Numbered from the stretch's first letter, positions 29,938 to 42,121 are shown. The stretch: 64,000 nt of DNA from Desulfomonilia bacterium (GCA_963664325.2 CAXXDQ010000008.1:64001-128000), one strand, 5' to 3'. The notes: a model not told the origin generated them from the letters alone. Translations and numbers: made by a program.

Positions 29938-31076
29938 AAAACTACCGGCGCCTCTTGCGGATCTGGCTGAACGACCGGCGCCTGGCCCGTGAGGGGAAAC
30001 GCTACCGCCGCCTGTTTAGCGACAGGAACATGGCCATTCCCGATGAAGCGACGATCCGTCGGCACGTTTCGACACAATTTCCTCATATCCGGCCTAAGCC
30101 CAAGGGGCAATTGCGCATTCTTACCATTCATCATCATTACAACTGGGAGAATACGGCCTTTATTCCCGCTCTAGCAGCCTTCGGTGCTGTCGATCATTAT
30201 GACTGGATGACATCTTTTCGCAGCCACCTGACCCAATGGCATCGTTCCCTGGCACAGGCCATGAACGTAGACCTTCTCCGCAGGGTCAGGACCCTTGCTG
30301 ATGAGAAAGGCATCGATGTCATCTTCACCTATCTCTCGGGGGAGCAGGTTCTACCGGAGACGATGATGACCCTGCAGGCCTTCCGCATTCCCATGGTCAA
30401 TCTGGCCCTTAACGACAAGGAAAATTTCGTGGGGAAGATCCGTTCGGGCCGGGCGATGGGGGTCCGCGACATTTGCCGTTTCTTCACCCTCTGCTGGACG
30501 AGTACGGAGGATGCGCTGGAAAAATACTGCGTGGAGGGCGCCCTGCCCCTCTACCTTCCCGAAGGGGCCAATCCCGACCTCCACAAACCGATGGATGGGG
30601 AGCAGACCATCGATGTTTCCTTCATCGGACAACGGTATGGGAATCGCGAAGACATCATCAAACGGCTGCAAGCGGATGGCATCCATGTAGAAGCCTATGG
30701 GTTCGGCTGGCCGAACGGACCTCTCGACACGGAAGCCATGGTGGCCCTGTATGCCAAGAGCCGCATCAATCTCGGTTTCGGCGGCGTCATCAGCCATACG
30801 GGCACCTATTGCCTGAAAGGGCGCGATTTTGAAGTTCCGATGAGCGGTGGTCTTTATCTGACGGAGCACCATCCGGAACTGGCCAAAGTCTACGATGTGG
30901 GTGGGGAGATCGTCACCTACTCCGGATATGCAGACCTGCGGGATAAGATCCGCGATTTACTGGATCATCCGGATAAGGCCCGAGAGATTCGCCGGCGGGG
31001 CTTTGAACGCGCCCGCCGGGAACATGCCTGGGAAATGCGTTTTGATAACATATTCAAATTGCTTGGTATTATTTAA
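29922..31076 (+). CDS. CgeB-family glycosyltransferase
   Basis: DVSFIGQRYGNR, YAKSRINLG, GRDFEVPMSGG. Confidence 0.8.
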   Translation: MEDPLKNYRRLLRIWLNDRRLAREGKRYRRLFSDRNMAIPDEATIRRHVSTQFPHIRPKPKGQLRILTIHHHYNWENTAFIPALAAFGAVDHYDWMTSFRSHLTQWHRSLAQAMNVDLLRRVRTLADEKGIDVIFTYLSGEQVLPETMMTLQAFRIPMVNLALNDKENFVGKIRSGRAMGVRDICRFFTLCWTSTEDALEKYCVEGALPLYLPEGANPDLHKPMDGEQTIDVSFIGQRYGNREDIIKRLQADGIHVEAYGFGWPNGPLDTEAMVALYAKSRINLGFGGVISHTGTYCLKGRDFEVPMSGGLYLTEHHPELAKVYDVGGEIVTYSGYADLRDKIRDLLDHPDKAREIRRRGFERARREHAWEMRFDNIFKLLGII

Positions 31077-31605
31077 CCTGGTATTCCTGAATCAGGCCGA
31101 TGATTCTATCGATATCCGCTTTTGTCACTTTTCCTTTGTAAATATAACGGCATATTCTTTGTTTATCCAGCATGATGATATTCGAGGTCTTCTTCGTCAG
31201 GTTCCAGAGATTGAGAACGGCATAATCAGGGTCCATCAGGATGACGGCCTTTGTTTCCTCCTGCTTGCTCTTGATCATTGTTTTGAGCACGAAATTAGGC
31301 ACGACGCTGTCCTTCAGATTGACAATGCCGAGGCCTTCATAGAATTTCTTATCGATTTTTCCGCTCTCCCTTGCCGCTTTCAGTGCATTTTGCAGATCGT
31401 TGTTCAAATCTTTGGAGCCGGGATCTGCATAAAAAACCACCACGACTTTATCCTTATATAAAGGCGATTCCAGGGAGTATTCCATACCTGTAGGATCTTT
31501 CAGTCTGAAACCGGCTGCTTTGTCTCCCACTTTGACATCCGCAGCAAAAGAAACAGCGACTAAACAGAACACCAACCAAGTCACGATGCACAGTCTTTTT
31601 TTCAT
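31069..31605 (-). CDS. YtfJ-like thioredoxin-fold exported protein
   Basis: Signal peptide, VGDKAAGFRLKD, VVFYADP, no CxxC. Confidence 0.6.
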   Translation of the reverse strand: MKKRLCIVTWLVFCLVAVSFAADVKVGDKAAGFRLKDPTGMEYSLESPLYKDKVVVVFYADPGSKDLNNDLQNALKAARESGKIDKKFYEGLGIVNLKDSVVPNFVLKTMIKSKQEETKAVILMDPDYAVLNLWNLTKKTSNIIMLDKQRICRYIYKGKVTKADIDRIIGLIQEYQVK

Positions 31606-31755
31606 ATCCCCCGCTCCTCTCATTTTTCCACGGATATTATGGGAAAAGCCTGTGATTATCAAGAGAAATATCGTCTCTTTGTATCTTATTGGAAAAAAGA
31701 TGGCGATTATGTTAGAGACTTGAAAATCACTTCAATATCAAGGGGGATATATTAT

Positions 31756-33217
31756 ATGCGGAATCTGGGACAGATGCTGGAAGAAACTTGTCGGGCCTTT
31801 GGCGATCGTCTCTTCATCATCCATGAAAAGAGCCGCCTGACGTATCGGGAATTCAACCAGGCCGTCAACGCCCTTGCCAACCACTTAGTCAACCGGGGGA
31901 TTAAAAAGGACGACAAAGTGGCCATTATGCTGCCCAACTGCCCGGAATTTATCATATCCTACTTCGCCGCGCATAAAATCGGCGCCGTTGCGGTTACGCT
32001 CAATATTCTCTCCACGGCTTATGAATTGCGGCACCTTCTCGGCAACAGCGACGCGAAAGTCCTGATTACAATCGATGCCTACAACCGGCGCTATGAAGAC
32101 ATAAAAGGCGACCTTCCTTTATGCCGAGAAATCATCACAACGTCCGGCATGAATGTTGAATCGGCATTTACGCTGATTCTGAAAAATAATCCCCAAACTT
32201 TCGAGATCCCGGACATAACCCCCGACGATGCCGCTGTTATGATTTATACGGCCGGCTTGACAGGCAAACCTCTGGGAGCTGTTCTGTCCCATCATAACCT
32301 GCTGACCCAATCGGAGCTATTGCGCTGGTTTTTTCATGCTGATGAACAGTTCCGCGGCCTGGCCGTGATCCCTTTTTTCCACTCCTTCGGCGCTGTCGCC
32401 AACATGCTGGCCATCATGCGCATCGGCGCCAGTGTCGTGCTCCTGGAACGTTTTACCCTTGACAGTATCTTCAATGCCGTCGAAAAAGAAAAAGTGACGT
32501 ACACCTGTGCCGTCCCAAGGCTTTTTCTCGGCATGCTTTTTCATCAGGGGGGAGAAAAATACGATATGTCGTCCCTGAAGTTCTGCGTCACCGGCGGCTC
32601 CCCGATGCCGCCGGACTTTATTCCCGTTTTCAAAGAAAGGTTCGGCGCCACACTGGTCGAAGGTTACGGTTTGACGGAAGCTTCCCCGGTCTGTACGGTC
32701 ACACGCCTCGATCTGCCCCTCAAGCCCGGTTCCATCGGTACGGTTGTCGCCGGCACCAGGGCCAGAATTGTCGATGAATCCGGCCGTGATCTGCCGGTCC
32801 ATACGGAGGGCGAGCTGATCATTCAAGGGGACAACGTCATGAAAGGATATTACAAAAACGAAGAAGCGACGCGCCAGGTCATCAAAGACGGCTGGCTGTA
32901 CACCAGCGACCTGGCAAAGATGGATGAAGATGGTTACGTTTTCCTCACCGGCCGCAAGAAAAGAATGATCATCACCAGCGGTTTCAATGTCTATCCCCGT
33001 GAGGTGGAAATCGTACTGGAAATGCATCCGGCCGTAGCTGCGGCCAGGGTTAATGGCCAAGGAGGACTTGATGAGAGGGGAAATCGTCAAAGCGCAAATT
33101 GTCCTGCGCCCCCAGGTGTCGGCTGATGAAAAAGAAATCATGCGCCACTGCCGCGTCTATCTGTCGTCCTATAAACTGCCCAGAGAGGTGGAATTCGTCG
33201 AACAATTGGCGGGGTGA
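31756..33217 (+). CDS. Long-chain acyl-CoA synthetase (FadD-like), frameshift near 33055
   Basis: YTAGLTGKP, EGYGLTEASP, GFNVYPREVE, YKLPREV. Confidence 0.9.
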
Positions 33218-33247
33218 AATTGGGACTTTCCCGTCCCGTAAAGCGAT

Positions 33248-33338
33248 AAAAAAATAGCCGGGATCGGAAAATCCCGGCTATCGACAATCGATTATTGAAA
33301 CAGAGGGCAAGTTATTCAAACTGCCCTCTGTTTTGTTT
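33248..33338. terminator. Two hairpin terminators between convergent genes
   Basis: ATAGCCGGGAT/ATCCCGGCTAT and AAACAGAGGGCA/TGCCCTCTGTTT with A/T tails. Confidence 0.7.
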
Positions 33339-33342
33339 GTGG

Positions 33343-35571
33343 CTACGCCTGGCAGACTTCCACAGGCGCTTTTTCCTCCTCCAGGCCCATGGCCTTCCAG
33401 ACGATTTCGGCAATATCCAGAGCCGTGACGCTTTCTTCCTTGCCGTGGCTCTTGATGCCGTCACTCATCATGGTCAGACAGAACGGGCACCCGACGGCAA
33501 TCGTATCGGCTTTCACATCAATGGCCTGTTTGGCCCGGGCATCATTGATGCGGTCGCCGTGCTCTTCCATCCACATGCGGGCGCCGCCGGCACCGCAGCA
33601 GAAACTCTTGCCGAGGTTTCGTTCCATCTCTACAAGCTGCAAACCCGGAATGGCTTTCAACGCCTTACGGGGCTGCTCATAGACATGGTTGTAACGGCCC
33701 AGGAAACAGGAATCATGATACGTAAATCGTCCGTCAACGGGTTTCCTCAATTTAATCTTGCCCTGGGCAATGAGGTCGGCGATAATTTCCGAATGATGAT
33801 AAACCTCAAACTTTCCGCCGAAGTGCGGATAATCCTTCTTCAGGGCATTATACCCATGGGGGCACGTTGCGATGACTTTTTTGACGCCGTAGGCATTCAT
33901 CACTTCAATATTAGCCTGCGCCATAGTCTGATAGAGGTATTCATTGCCGCCTCTCATGGCCGAATCTCCGCAGCAGCTTTCTTCATTTCCCAGAATCCCG
34001 AAACTGACGCCCGCTGCCTGCAGTACCTTGGCCAGGGCCACGGAGACTTTTTTGCCGCGGTCATCAAAGGATCCGGCGCATCCGACATAGAACAGGTATT
34101 CCACATTCGGATCTTCCGCCAATGTTTTCACACCTAATTCCTTTGCCCAGTCTGCCCGAAGATGCGATCCCACACCCCAGGGGTTGGAATTGTTTTCCAT
34201 ATTCCGGTAAGTCAGTTGCAATTCGGCGGCAAAATCGGCTTCCATGAGGACCTTGTACTGTCTCATGCCGATAATCTTGGGAACGTGCTCTATGGCTGCC
34301 GAGCAGTTTTCCATACAGTACATGCAATTTGTACAGGCCCAGAGTTCATCCAGGTTGATGACCTCACCGACCAGTGCTTTTTCCGTTGGCGCTGGGACGG
34401 GCGGCAGATTGGCATCGACAATCTTATCCAGTTTATCCAGCCACTGCAGTGCCGTTTTCGCCTTGCTGCACTTCGCCTGCTTCGTTTCATCGCCTTCGGC
34501 TTCGCTCACTTCGGCGAGCAGTTCCGCCTTTTTTGCGGCTATGGCAGCCGGTGCTTTCTCTACCCAATAGCTCTTCAGATCCTGAATCATCTTCTTTGGA
34601 GAAAGAGGTTTCCCCGTCAGGTAAGCCGGACAGCCGTCCTGACACCGGCCGCAGCGTGTGCAGGCATCGGCGTCAAAGACCTGTTTCCAGGTAAATTCCT
34701 CCAGGGTTCCCACACCAAAGGCCTCGGCATTTTCAAAGTCCCTGATGGGTTCCACGGTCCCCGTCGGTTTCATCGTGGCCATGAAATAGTTCGCCGGTGT
34801 TGTCACCAGATGGAGCATTCGTGAGAAGGGAATATAGGCGATGAACCCGAGAGCGATAAAGGTATGAATCCACCAAAGCGCTTTGTGCATGGCCAGTGCG
34901 GTTGCCGTTTCAACACCGGCCAAGGCCTTGGCCAAGGTCCATCCGACAAAGGACCAGACTTCCCAGGGGGTCTGCTGCCACGTGACATGTATCCTCATTG
35001 CTTCAATAAAAAAGCCTGTGATGATGATGCCGGCAATCAGTAACAGGACAATGGCATCGTCTGGTGTGGAATCGGATTTTCCCCGATAGCCCAAACGTTC
35101 CGGCTTGGTCAGATAACGCCGGTCAATGGCGATGAATACGCCGATCAAAACGGCCAATCCCGCAAAATCCATAAGAAACGAGAAAAAAAGATAAAATTTC
35201 CCGGTCAGAAAGGGAACGTGGAGCGGCTCGGCTACATGAAATTCCGTGGCATCAAACGCCGCGCCAAAGAAAAGGACAAGAAACCCAAAGAAAATCAACC
35301 CGTGCATGATGCCCGGGAAAAGATCCTGCAAAACTTTTACCTGTAGAAGACCATTGCGCAGGAGATTCTTGATGCGATCGTTTCTGTTATCGGTTCGATC
35401 TTCCGGCTCCGGTTTGCCGATGGCGGACCACATGAGCCAGCGGCGATAGAGTCCGTAAGCAAATATTACAAAGGCGATTCCTGTAAACAAAAACAGAAAC
35501 AGCTCAAAATGCTGAGCATTCCAAAAAACCTCCCTGCCTTCATGGCCTATCTTGAACTGTGATAGCTCCAT
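33343..35571 (-). CDS. Membrane Fe-S oxidoreductase (DUF224/HdrF-like; ETF:menaquinone oxidoreductase type)
   Basis: NarI-like TM domain, CTRCGRCQDGCP, CTNCMYC, two CCG domains; directly downstream of etfBA. Confidence 0.88.
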   Translation of the reverse strand: MELSQFKIGHEGREVFWNAQHFELFLFLFTGIAFVIFAYGLYRRWLMWSAIGKPEPEDRTDNRNDRIKNLLRNGLLQVKVLQDLFPGIMHGLIFFGFLVLFFGAAFDATEFHVAEPLHVPFLTGKFYLFFSFLMDFAGLAVLIGVFIAIDRRYLTKPERLGYRGKSDSTPDDAIVLLLIAGIIITGFFIEAMRIHVTWQQTPWEVWSFVGWTLAKALAGVETATALAMHKALWWIHTFIALGFIAYIPFSRMLHLVTTPANYFMATMKPTGTVEPIRDFENAEAFGVGTLEEFTWKQVFDADACTRCGRCQDGCPAYLTGKPLSPKKMIQDLKSYWVEKAPAAIAAKKAELLAEVSEAEGDETKQAKCSKAKTALQWLDKLDKIVDANLPPVPAPTEKALVGEVINLDELWACTNCMYCMENCSAAIEHVPKIIGMRQYKVLMEADFAAELQLTYRNMENNSNPWGVGSHLRADWAKELGVKTLAEDPNVEYLFYVGCAGSFDDRGKKVSVALAKVLQAAGVSFGILGNEESCCGDSAMRGGNEYLYQTMAQANIEVMNAYGVKKVIATCPHGYNALKKDYPHFGGKFEVYHHSEIIADLIAQGKIKLRKPVDGRFTYHDSCFLGRYNHVYEQPRKALKAIPGLQLVEMERNLGKSFCCGAGGARMWMEEHGDRINDARAKQAIDVKADTIAVGCPFCLTMMSDGIKSHGKEESVTALDIAEIVWKAMGLEEEKAPVEVCQA

Positions 35572-35628
35572 ATCGCCTCCAAAAAAATGGGGGAGCGGTT
35601 TTCCCGCCCCCCCTGATGAATGTCATTT

Positions 35629-36600
35629 TTAAGCAAGGAGTTTCTTAACCTCTTTGGTCACTTCAGGGACCACTTTGAAGAGATCGTCGACAACACCGTA
35701 GTCTGCTTTCTGGAAAATGGGCGCTTCGGCATCTTTATTGATAGCGACGATAAATTTCGAAGAACTCATGCCCGCCAGATGCTGAATGGCACCGGAAATA
35801 CCGCATGCGATATAGAGATTGGGGGAGACAACCTTTCCCGTCTGGCCGACCTGATCGGACTGGGGCCGCCAGCCCGCATCGACTGCCGCACGGGAAGCGC
35901 CGACTGCCGCACCCAAAAGGGCTGCCAATTCTTCAAGAATGCCGTAACCCTCGGGGCCTTTCATACCGCGGCCGCCCGATACGATCACATTGGCCTCGGC
36001 CACATCGATCTTGCCCGCCGCTTCTTTTTGCACTTCCACGACCTTTGCTTTTACATCGCCGACAGCAGCGTCAATTTTAATAACCTGGGCAGCCTTGGCA
36101 TTTTCCACGATGGTAAACACATTGGGCCGCAGGGAGGCCATCTGGGGTGATCCTGAAACCACCACTTCACCGAAGCACTTGCCCGCATACATGGGCCGGA
36201 TGGCCAGCAGTTTCCCGCCGTCGATCTTAACATCCGTACAATCCGTTGCCATGCCGGTAGCCAATTTGCCCACCAAAGCCGAAGACAGGTCCTTGCCCAG
36301 GGCAGACGCGCCGAGAAGCAGAATCGCGGGATCGTTCTCTTTCACCACTTTGGCGATAACGGTGGCATAGCCGCCTGTTGAGTAAGGTTCAAGAGCGGCA
36401 TCGTCCGCCACATATACTTTATCCACACCATATTTTCCAAGCTCGGCGGCCATGGCTTCCACACCCGAACCGCACAGAACGGCGCCGACCTCATCACCAA
36501 GCTGATCCGCCAATTTCCTGGCCGTGCTGGCCAATTCGAAACTGACCTTTCTCAAGGCGCCGTCCCTCTGTTCTGCTACTATCCATACACCTTTTGCCAT
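35629..36600 (-). CDS. etfA: Electron transfer flavoprotein alpha subunit
   Basis: SGGRG, GASRAAVDAGW, QVGQTGK, GISGAIQH. Confidence 0.95.
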   Translation of the reverse strand: MAKGVWIVAEQRDGALRKVSFELASTARKLADQLGDEVGAVLCGSGVEAMAAELGKYGVDKVYVADDAALEPYSTGGYATVIAKVVKENDPAILLLGASALGKDLSSALVGKLATGMATDCTDVKIDGGKLLAIRPMYAGKCFGEVVVSGSPQMASLRPNVFTIVENAKAAQVIKIDAAVGDVKAKVVEVQKEAAGKIDVAEANVIVSGGRGMKGPEGYGILEELAALLGAAVGASRAAVDAGWRPQSDQVGQTGKVVSPNLYIACGISGAIQHLAGMSSSKFIVAINKDAEAPIFQKADYGVVDDLFKVVPEVTKEVKKLLA

Positions 36601-36629
36601 TTTCACTTTCCTCCGTGATCAAGAATGAA

Positions 36630-37413
36630 TTAAATAACCTTTGCCTCTTCCCTAAGGAGCTTCACCAGCTCAGCCGCTTTTCCTTCGGGCGTATCATCAG
36701 CGCAAATGATCTTTCCGGGAGGTCTTGCCGGAGGCGGTACGAATTTAACGACCTTGGACTTCGATTCCCCTGCAATGCCGAGAGCCGCCGCATTCTTCAG
36801 ATCAACCGGTTTCTTCTTGGCCTTCATGATCCCGGGCAGCGAGGCGTAACGAGGTTCATTCAGCCCCTTGGTCGCCGTGGTCGATCACGCAGGGCAGGGC
36901 GGTTTCGATGACCAACTGGGCGCCTTCGATAGGCCTGACTGCTTTGGCCGACGCGCCGCTGATTTCCAGCTTTGACACCATGGTCACCTGAGGAATGCCG
37001 AGGAGTTCGGCCAAAATGGAGCCAATCTGGCCCGGAATCATCGTCAATCGCGCGCTGTCCACAGAAAATGATGAAGTCATAAGGTCATGCCTTTGCTGGC
37101 AGCAGCAAGCGCTTCTGCAGTGGGCATAGGCATCGGCATTGTACAAAGCCGGGTCATCAATATGGATACCCTTCTCAACGCCCATGGCCAATGCGGTGCG
37201 GATGGTCTCCATGGCTCTGGCAGGGCCGATGGATACGATGGTAACATCTCCGCCAAGTTTCTCTTTCAGTTTAAGGGCTTCTTCGACACCGAATTCATCA
37301 TAGGGGTTCATAACCCATTTGATGCCGCCCTCTTCGATTCCCGATCCGTCACCTTTGACTTTGATCTGGGCTTCCGTATCCGGAACTTGCTTTACACATG
37401 CAACAATATTCAC
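36630..37413 (-). CDS. etfB: Electron transfer flavoprotein beta subunit, frameshifted
   Basis: CVKQVPDT, NPYDEFGVEEA, IMKAKKKP. Confidence 0.92.
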
Positions 37414-37491
37414 ACCTTCCTCCTTCCCGAATGCCGGTCGGCAACCGCCGAAGCGCCATTCAGCGTTATAAAATTGGGTTCTAAAATAAAT

Positions 37492-37516
37492 GGGGGCGGA
37501 TGTGAAAACCGCCCCC
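37492..37516 (-). terminator. Hairpin terminator after acs
   Basis: GGGGGCGG/CCGCCCCC stem followed by an AT-rich tail on the minus strand. Confidence 0.55.
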
Positions 37517-37526
37517 GGTATCAATC

Positions 37527-39499
37527 TTACAATCTGTTCTTCACGATATCGTCAACAACCGGATCGGATCGGCCAATGTTGAAGTATCACCCAAGTTGGA
37601 GATATCATTGGCGGCAACCTTTTTGAGGATTCTTCTCATAATCTTGCCGCTGCGGGTCTTGGGAAGTCCGTCGGCCCACTGGATTTTTTCCGGTGTCGCA
37701 ATGGGTCCGATCAACGTCCGGACATGGGCCACCAATTCTTTCTTCAGGTCGTCAGTTTTCTCGATGCCGCTCTTCAGTGTGACATAGGCGTAAATGGACT
37801 GGCCCTTCAGGTCATGGGGATAGCCGACAACGGCGGCTTCGGCCACTTTGGCATGGGCCACGAGGGCGCTTTCCACTTCCGCCGTGCCCATACGATGGCC
37901 GGACACATTGATGACGTCGTCGATGCGACCCGTAATCTGATAGTATCCGTCCTTGTCTCTGCGGCAGCCGTCGCCCGTCACATAGTAACCGGGGAACTGC
38001 TCGAAATAGGTTTCCTGGAAACGCTTGGGATCACCATACACACCGCGCATAATGCCGGGCCAGGGACGTTTGATGCAGAGGGCGCCGGAGGCTTCCGTTT
38101 CCTTGAATTCCTTGCCTTCGTCATCGACCAGAACCGGCTCGACACCCATGAAGGGCATGGTGGCCATACCGGGTTTGATGTCAATGGCGCCGGGCAATGG
38201 GGTAATGAGGATGCCGCCTGTTTCGGTCTGCCACCAGGTGTCCACGATGGGACATTCGCCGCGGCCGATCACATTATAATACCAGTTCCAGGCTTCGGGG
38301 TTGATGGGTTCACCGACCGTGCCGAGGATTCTCAGAGAGGAGATATCGGCTTTTTTCACCCAGTCATTGCCTTCCTTGGCCACGGCGCGGATGGCGGTGG
38401 GGGCCGTATAGAAGATATTGACCTTGTATTTTTCGACCACTTTCCAGAAGCGGCTGACATCGGGATAGTTGGGCACGCCCTCAAACATGACGGAGGTGGC
38501 GCCGTTGGCCAGGGGACCGTAAACGATGTAGGAATGACCCGTGACCCAGCCGATATCGGCGGTGCACCAGTAGATTTCGTTTTCCTTATAGTCGAAGATC
38601 ATCTTGTGCGTATAGGCCACATAAACCAGATAGCCGCCGGTGGTGTGCATGACGCCCTTGGGTTTGCCCGTCGAGCCGGACGTGTAGAGAATGAAGAGGG
38701 GATCTTCCGCATCCATCCATTCGGGCGCGCATTCGGCGGAGGCCTTTGCCATGACATCATCCCACCACAGGTCGCGGTTAGCGTCCCAATTGACTTTGAT
38801 CTTGTCGCCGACGCGTTTCACGACGATCTGCTTTTCAATGGAGGGGCAATCCTTGATGGCGGCATCGGAACTGTCCTTCTGGGGAACGGCCTTGGCGCCG
38901 CGGAACGTGCCGTCGCAGGTCACGAGCAGTTTGGACTGGCAATCCTGGATTCGGTCGCGGAGGGCGTCGGAGCTGAAACCGCCGAAGACGATGGTGTGGA
39001 TGGCGCCGATGCGCGTACAGGCCAGCATGGCAATGGCCAGTTCGGGAATCATGGGCAGAAACAGCGTAACACGGTCGCCTTTCTGGATACCCTGGGCTTT
39101 CAGGACATTGGCGAATTTACAGACCAGTTCGTGGAGCTCTTTGTACGTGATGGCCCGGTCATCGCCCGGTTCGTTGCCTTCAAACTGGATGGCAACTTTA
39201 TTGGCGCGGGTTTTCAGGTTTTTGTCCAGGCAGTTGTAAGAAACATTGAGTTTCCCGCCTTCATAAAATTTCACGTAAACGGGACCCTTTTTGATGTCAA
39301 AGTTATAATCCATAACTTTTTCAAAAGGTTTGAACCATTCGACATACTCTTTGGCGATTTCCGCCCAGAAAGCATCGGGCTCTTCAATCGAACGTTTCCA
39401 AAGTTTGTCGTACGCCTCCCGACCGCTGACATAGGCCATGTTCTTGACCTTTTCCGGTACGGGATAGATATCCTTCAACTGTACTTTTTCATCTGCCAT
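37527..39499 (-). CDS. acs: Acetyl-CoA synthetase (AMP-forming), small C-terminal frameshift
   Basis: [31 protein letters not shown]. Confidence 0.95.
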
Positions 39500-40275
39500 A
39501 TGATTTCACTACCTCCCATTTTCTATTGCTTTTATTTTTTTTTACGGTTTTTTTGTTCCTTGATTGAATTTAAGCCCGCAAATCCTGAACCTCGGTCACT
39601 GTCAATGCGAAACAATATCGCTGAAAGATTCGAGGGGACAACATCTTGACGCGCTTGCAGTATCTCAATATGCCTTTAGTGTCAAGAAATATTTTGCGAT
39701 TTTTGCCCTTTTCGCCTCCCGAACCGGGAGAAGGGAACGCGTGTTGAAAATACCAATGGCATTGCGCAAATGTGTCTTTATCAACACACCGGACTGTGTC
39801 GGGATTTCCCTTTTTCCGGGAGCCGGCAACACAGTCGATTAACATTCCAATATTAAGATATGCAACAGAGTCCCTATCCGCAGCTATTTATGTCATCATG
39901 AGCGATTCTTTTATTTTTCAGCCAGTTACAACGATCATACCCTTGCTGGCTCCATCATTCGGGGATTGAGGGGGATTCCGGCAATGGTCAATCATCAGCT
40001 GGGTGTCCATGCCATGGTCGTCCTGGTACACGTGTTGCATTCGACAATTCTGACGAAAGCCTTTTCTTAAGGCGGCAATTTTTGTCGAAAAGCTTGACGA
40101 CAACCGGACGGGGTGTTAAGGTGCCGGGAATTCAAAAAGCGAAAGGGGGAGGATAAAGGCACGGAATCAAAAACATGATTAAGTTGTGAAGCGGACGTTT
40201 TCAGCGTTCTCCCGAAACATGCCCGGGGAGAATCAAACAAAACAAACAAAGGAAAAAGCGTTTTAGGAGGAAAAA

Positions 40276-41895
40276 ATGAAGAGATTTTTATTAGTCATGC
40301 TATCGCTGGGGCTGCTCGCGGCCTTTGCGATGCCCGCTGCCGCCGTTGAGTTCAAGATCGGCGGTACGTGGTATATGCAGGGATTCTACATGGACAATTA
40401 TTCCCTGTTGGACAAGAACACCACGTATCCCTCGGATCCGTCCTGGGGCACCAGCACCTACGCCAACACCAACCGTAAAATGAACCGTGGCGCCATTGCA
40501 ATGTATACGCATAAATTGACACTGCGTCCCATGGTCCAGATTGCGGAAGGTCTTTCCTTCCATATGCAGATGGATGCTTTGGAAGGCGTGATGGGCGATC
40601 CCACCTGGACGAACGGCACCCAGACCAACCAGCGGACGAGCAACCTGACGTCCAGCCGGTCCAGCATCGGCGGCAATGCCGCTCTGGTGCAGGAAAATAT
40701 TGAATTTGAACAGGCCTTCATCAAATTCAAGACCGGTATCGGCCAGTTCACGGCCGGTTATTTCTATCCCACGATGGACTTCTTCGGTACCCAGTTCCTG
40801 CAGCAGCCCTATACCCGGTCCGCCATCTCCTTGACGAACACCTTCGGCCCCCTGACCCTCACCGCCGATATCGTCAAAATGCGTGAATGGAGAAACCGGA
40901 GCTTCTACGGCGGCCAGGCCGGAGCAAATCTCATTACCAACCTGCCCACCAGCTACAATACGGCCCAGAGCAACGGCGTCAACAATGATGCCGACGGCGA
41001 TATATACGGCCTGTACGGTATTTTCAAATTCAAACCCGGCGAAGTCGGTTTGGCTTTTGAATACTGGCGGGATTCCGGGTTCAAGGCAATCCCTGGTTTA
41101 GTGACGAACCCGATCGGCGGCGCTGCCAACACCAATGGTTATGTTCTGCAGCTCAACAGAGTCAACCCCTACACGAAATTACGGTTTGGGCCTGTCTACA
41201 TCGAAGCGGAAGGTTACTACAGCTTCGGTAGCCTGATGAAATGGGAAACCGTCACGGCCGCTGGTGCACAGCAGCCCCCGGATATTACGCTCAGCGCTTT
41301 CGGCGCCTATGTCAATGCCCAGGTCGATGTGAAACCCTTCTTCGCAGGCTTGAAGTTCATCTACAAGAGCGGCGACGACTATAAGAACGCCGACAAGCGG
41401 ACAGGCGGCATTGCGACACTGTACGCCGACGACTACGGCACACCCGTTGCCGGCACCCTGATCCTCTACAATACCGACTATGCCGATCCTCTGGGCTTCG
41501 CCTACGGAAACGCGACGGTTCCCGTTGCGCGCTACATCGACAACGTCTGGTTCTATCAGCTCTATGCCGGTATCAACCCCACGGACAAGCTGAATATTAC
41601 AGCCAGGGTCTCCTACGCAGTAGCAGACCAGAAGCCCAAATCAGCTTACGGTGCCACAGGTGCATTGAAAGACCTGTATGGCAATGCTGTTGCTGCTCCT
41701 GGCATCAAAGAGTACGTATCGGATAAATATGGTACGGAAGTTGACCTCGTTGCCAACTACAAACTGTTTGACAATCTGACCTACACGGTCGGCGGCGCCT
41801 ACCTGTTCGTCGGCGATTACTTCAAGGGATACGATGCAGATGCGAAAATTAAGGACAACTACCTGCTTATGCACAAACTGACCTTAATGTTCTAA
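40276..41895 (+). CDS. Outer-membrane beta-barrel porin
   Basis: Signal peptide, alternating aromatic strands, GTEVDLVANY, C-terminal Phe. Confidence 0.75.
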   Translation: MKRFLLVMLSLGLLAAFAMPAAAVEFKIGGTWYMQGFYMDNYSLLDKNTTYPSDPSWGTSTYANTNRKMNRGAIAMYTHKLTLRPMVQIAEGLSFHMQMDALEGVMGDPTWTNGTQTNQRTSNLTSSRSSIGGNAALVQENIEFEQAFIKFKTGIGQFTAGYFYPTMDFFGTQFLQQPYTRSAISLTNTFGPLTLTADIVKMREWRNRSFYGGQAGANLITNLPTSYNTAQSNGVNNDADGDIYGLYGIFKFKPGEVGLAFEYWRDSGFKAIPGLVTNPIGGAANTNGYVLQLNRVNPYTKLRFGPVYIEAEGYYSFGSLMKWETVTAAGAQQPPDITLSAFGAYVNAQVDVKPFFAGLKFIYKSGDDYKNADKRTGGIATLYADDYGTPVAGTLILYNTDYADPLGFAYGNATVPVARYIDNVWFYQLYAGINPTDKLNITARVSYAVADQKPKSAYGATGALKDLYGNAVAAPGIKEYVSDKYGTEVDLVANYKLFDNLTYTVGGAYLFVGDYFKGYDADAKIKDNYLLMHKLTLMF

Positions 41896-41939
41896 GTTTC
41901 CCTTTGCCTAGCGCATAAGACGCGCAACGCGACATGACA

Positions 41940-41970
41940 GAGCCCCGGGGGCGCACCCCGGGGCTTTTTC
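41940..41970 (+). terminator. Rho-independent terminator
   Basis: AGCCCCGGGG-GCGCA-CCCCGGGGCT followed by a T-run. Confidence 0.85.
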
Positions 41971-42121
41971 TTTGCTTTGTCCCGGTTTCCTTTTCATCTC
42001 GCCATTGACAAACAGGGGATGTCTCTCTTATAGGTATCCCAGATTTTTTAAATTCTACATTTCAGGCCATGACGGGAAAGTCATGCGAATGGTAATTCAT
42101 TTAGGCTGAGACGTAACGTTT

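Noticed and set aside
37724-39649. 641-aa plus-strand ORF and other long antisense ORFs (6733-7707, 33295-34137, 42140-43093)
   Set aside because: Shadow frames of well-supported genes on the opposite strand, caused by codon bias.
39500-40275. Riboswitch or ncRNA in the long acs-porin intergenic region
   Set aside because: Only promoter-like hexamers were seen; no convincing conserved RNA motif by eye.
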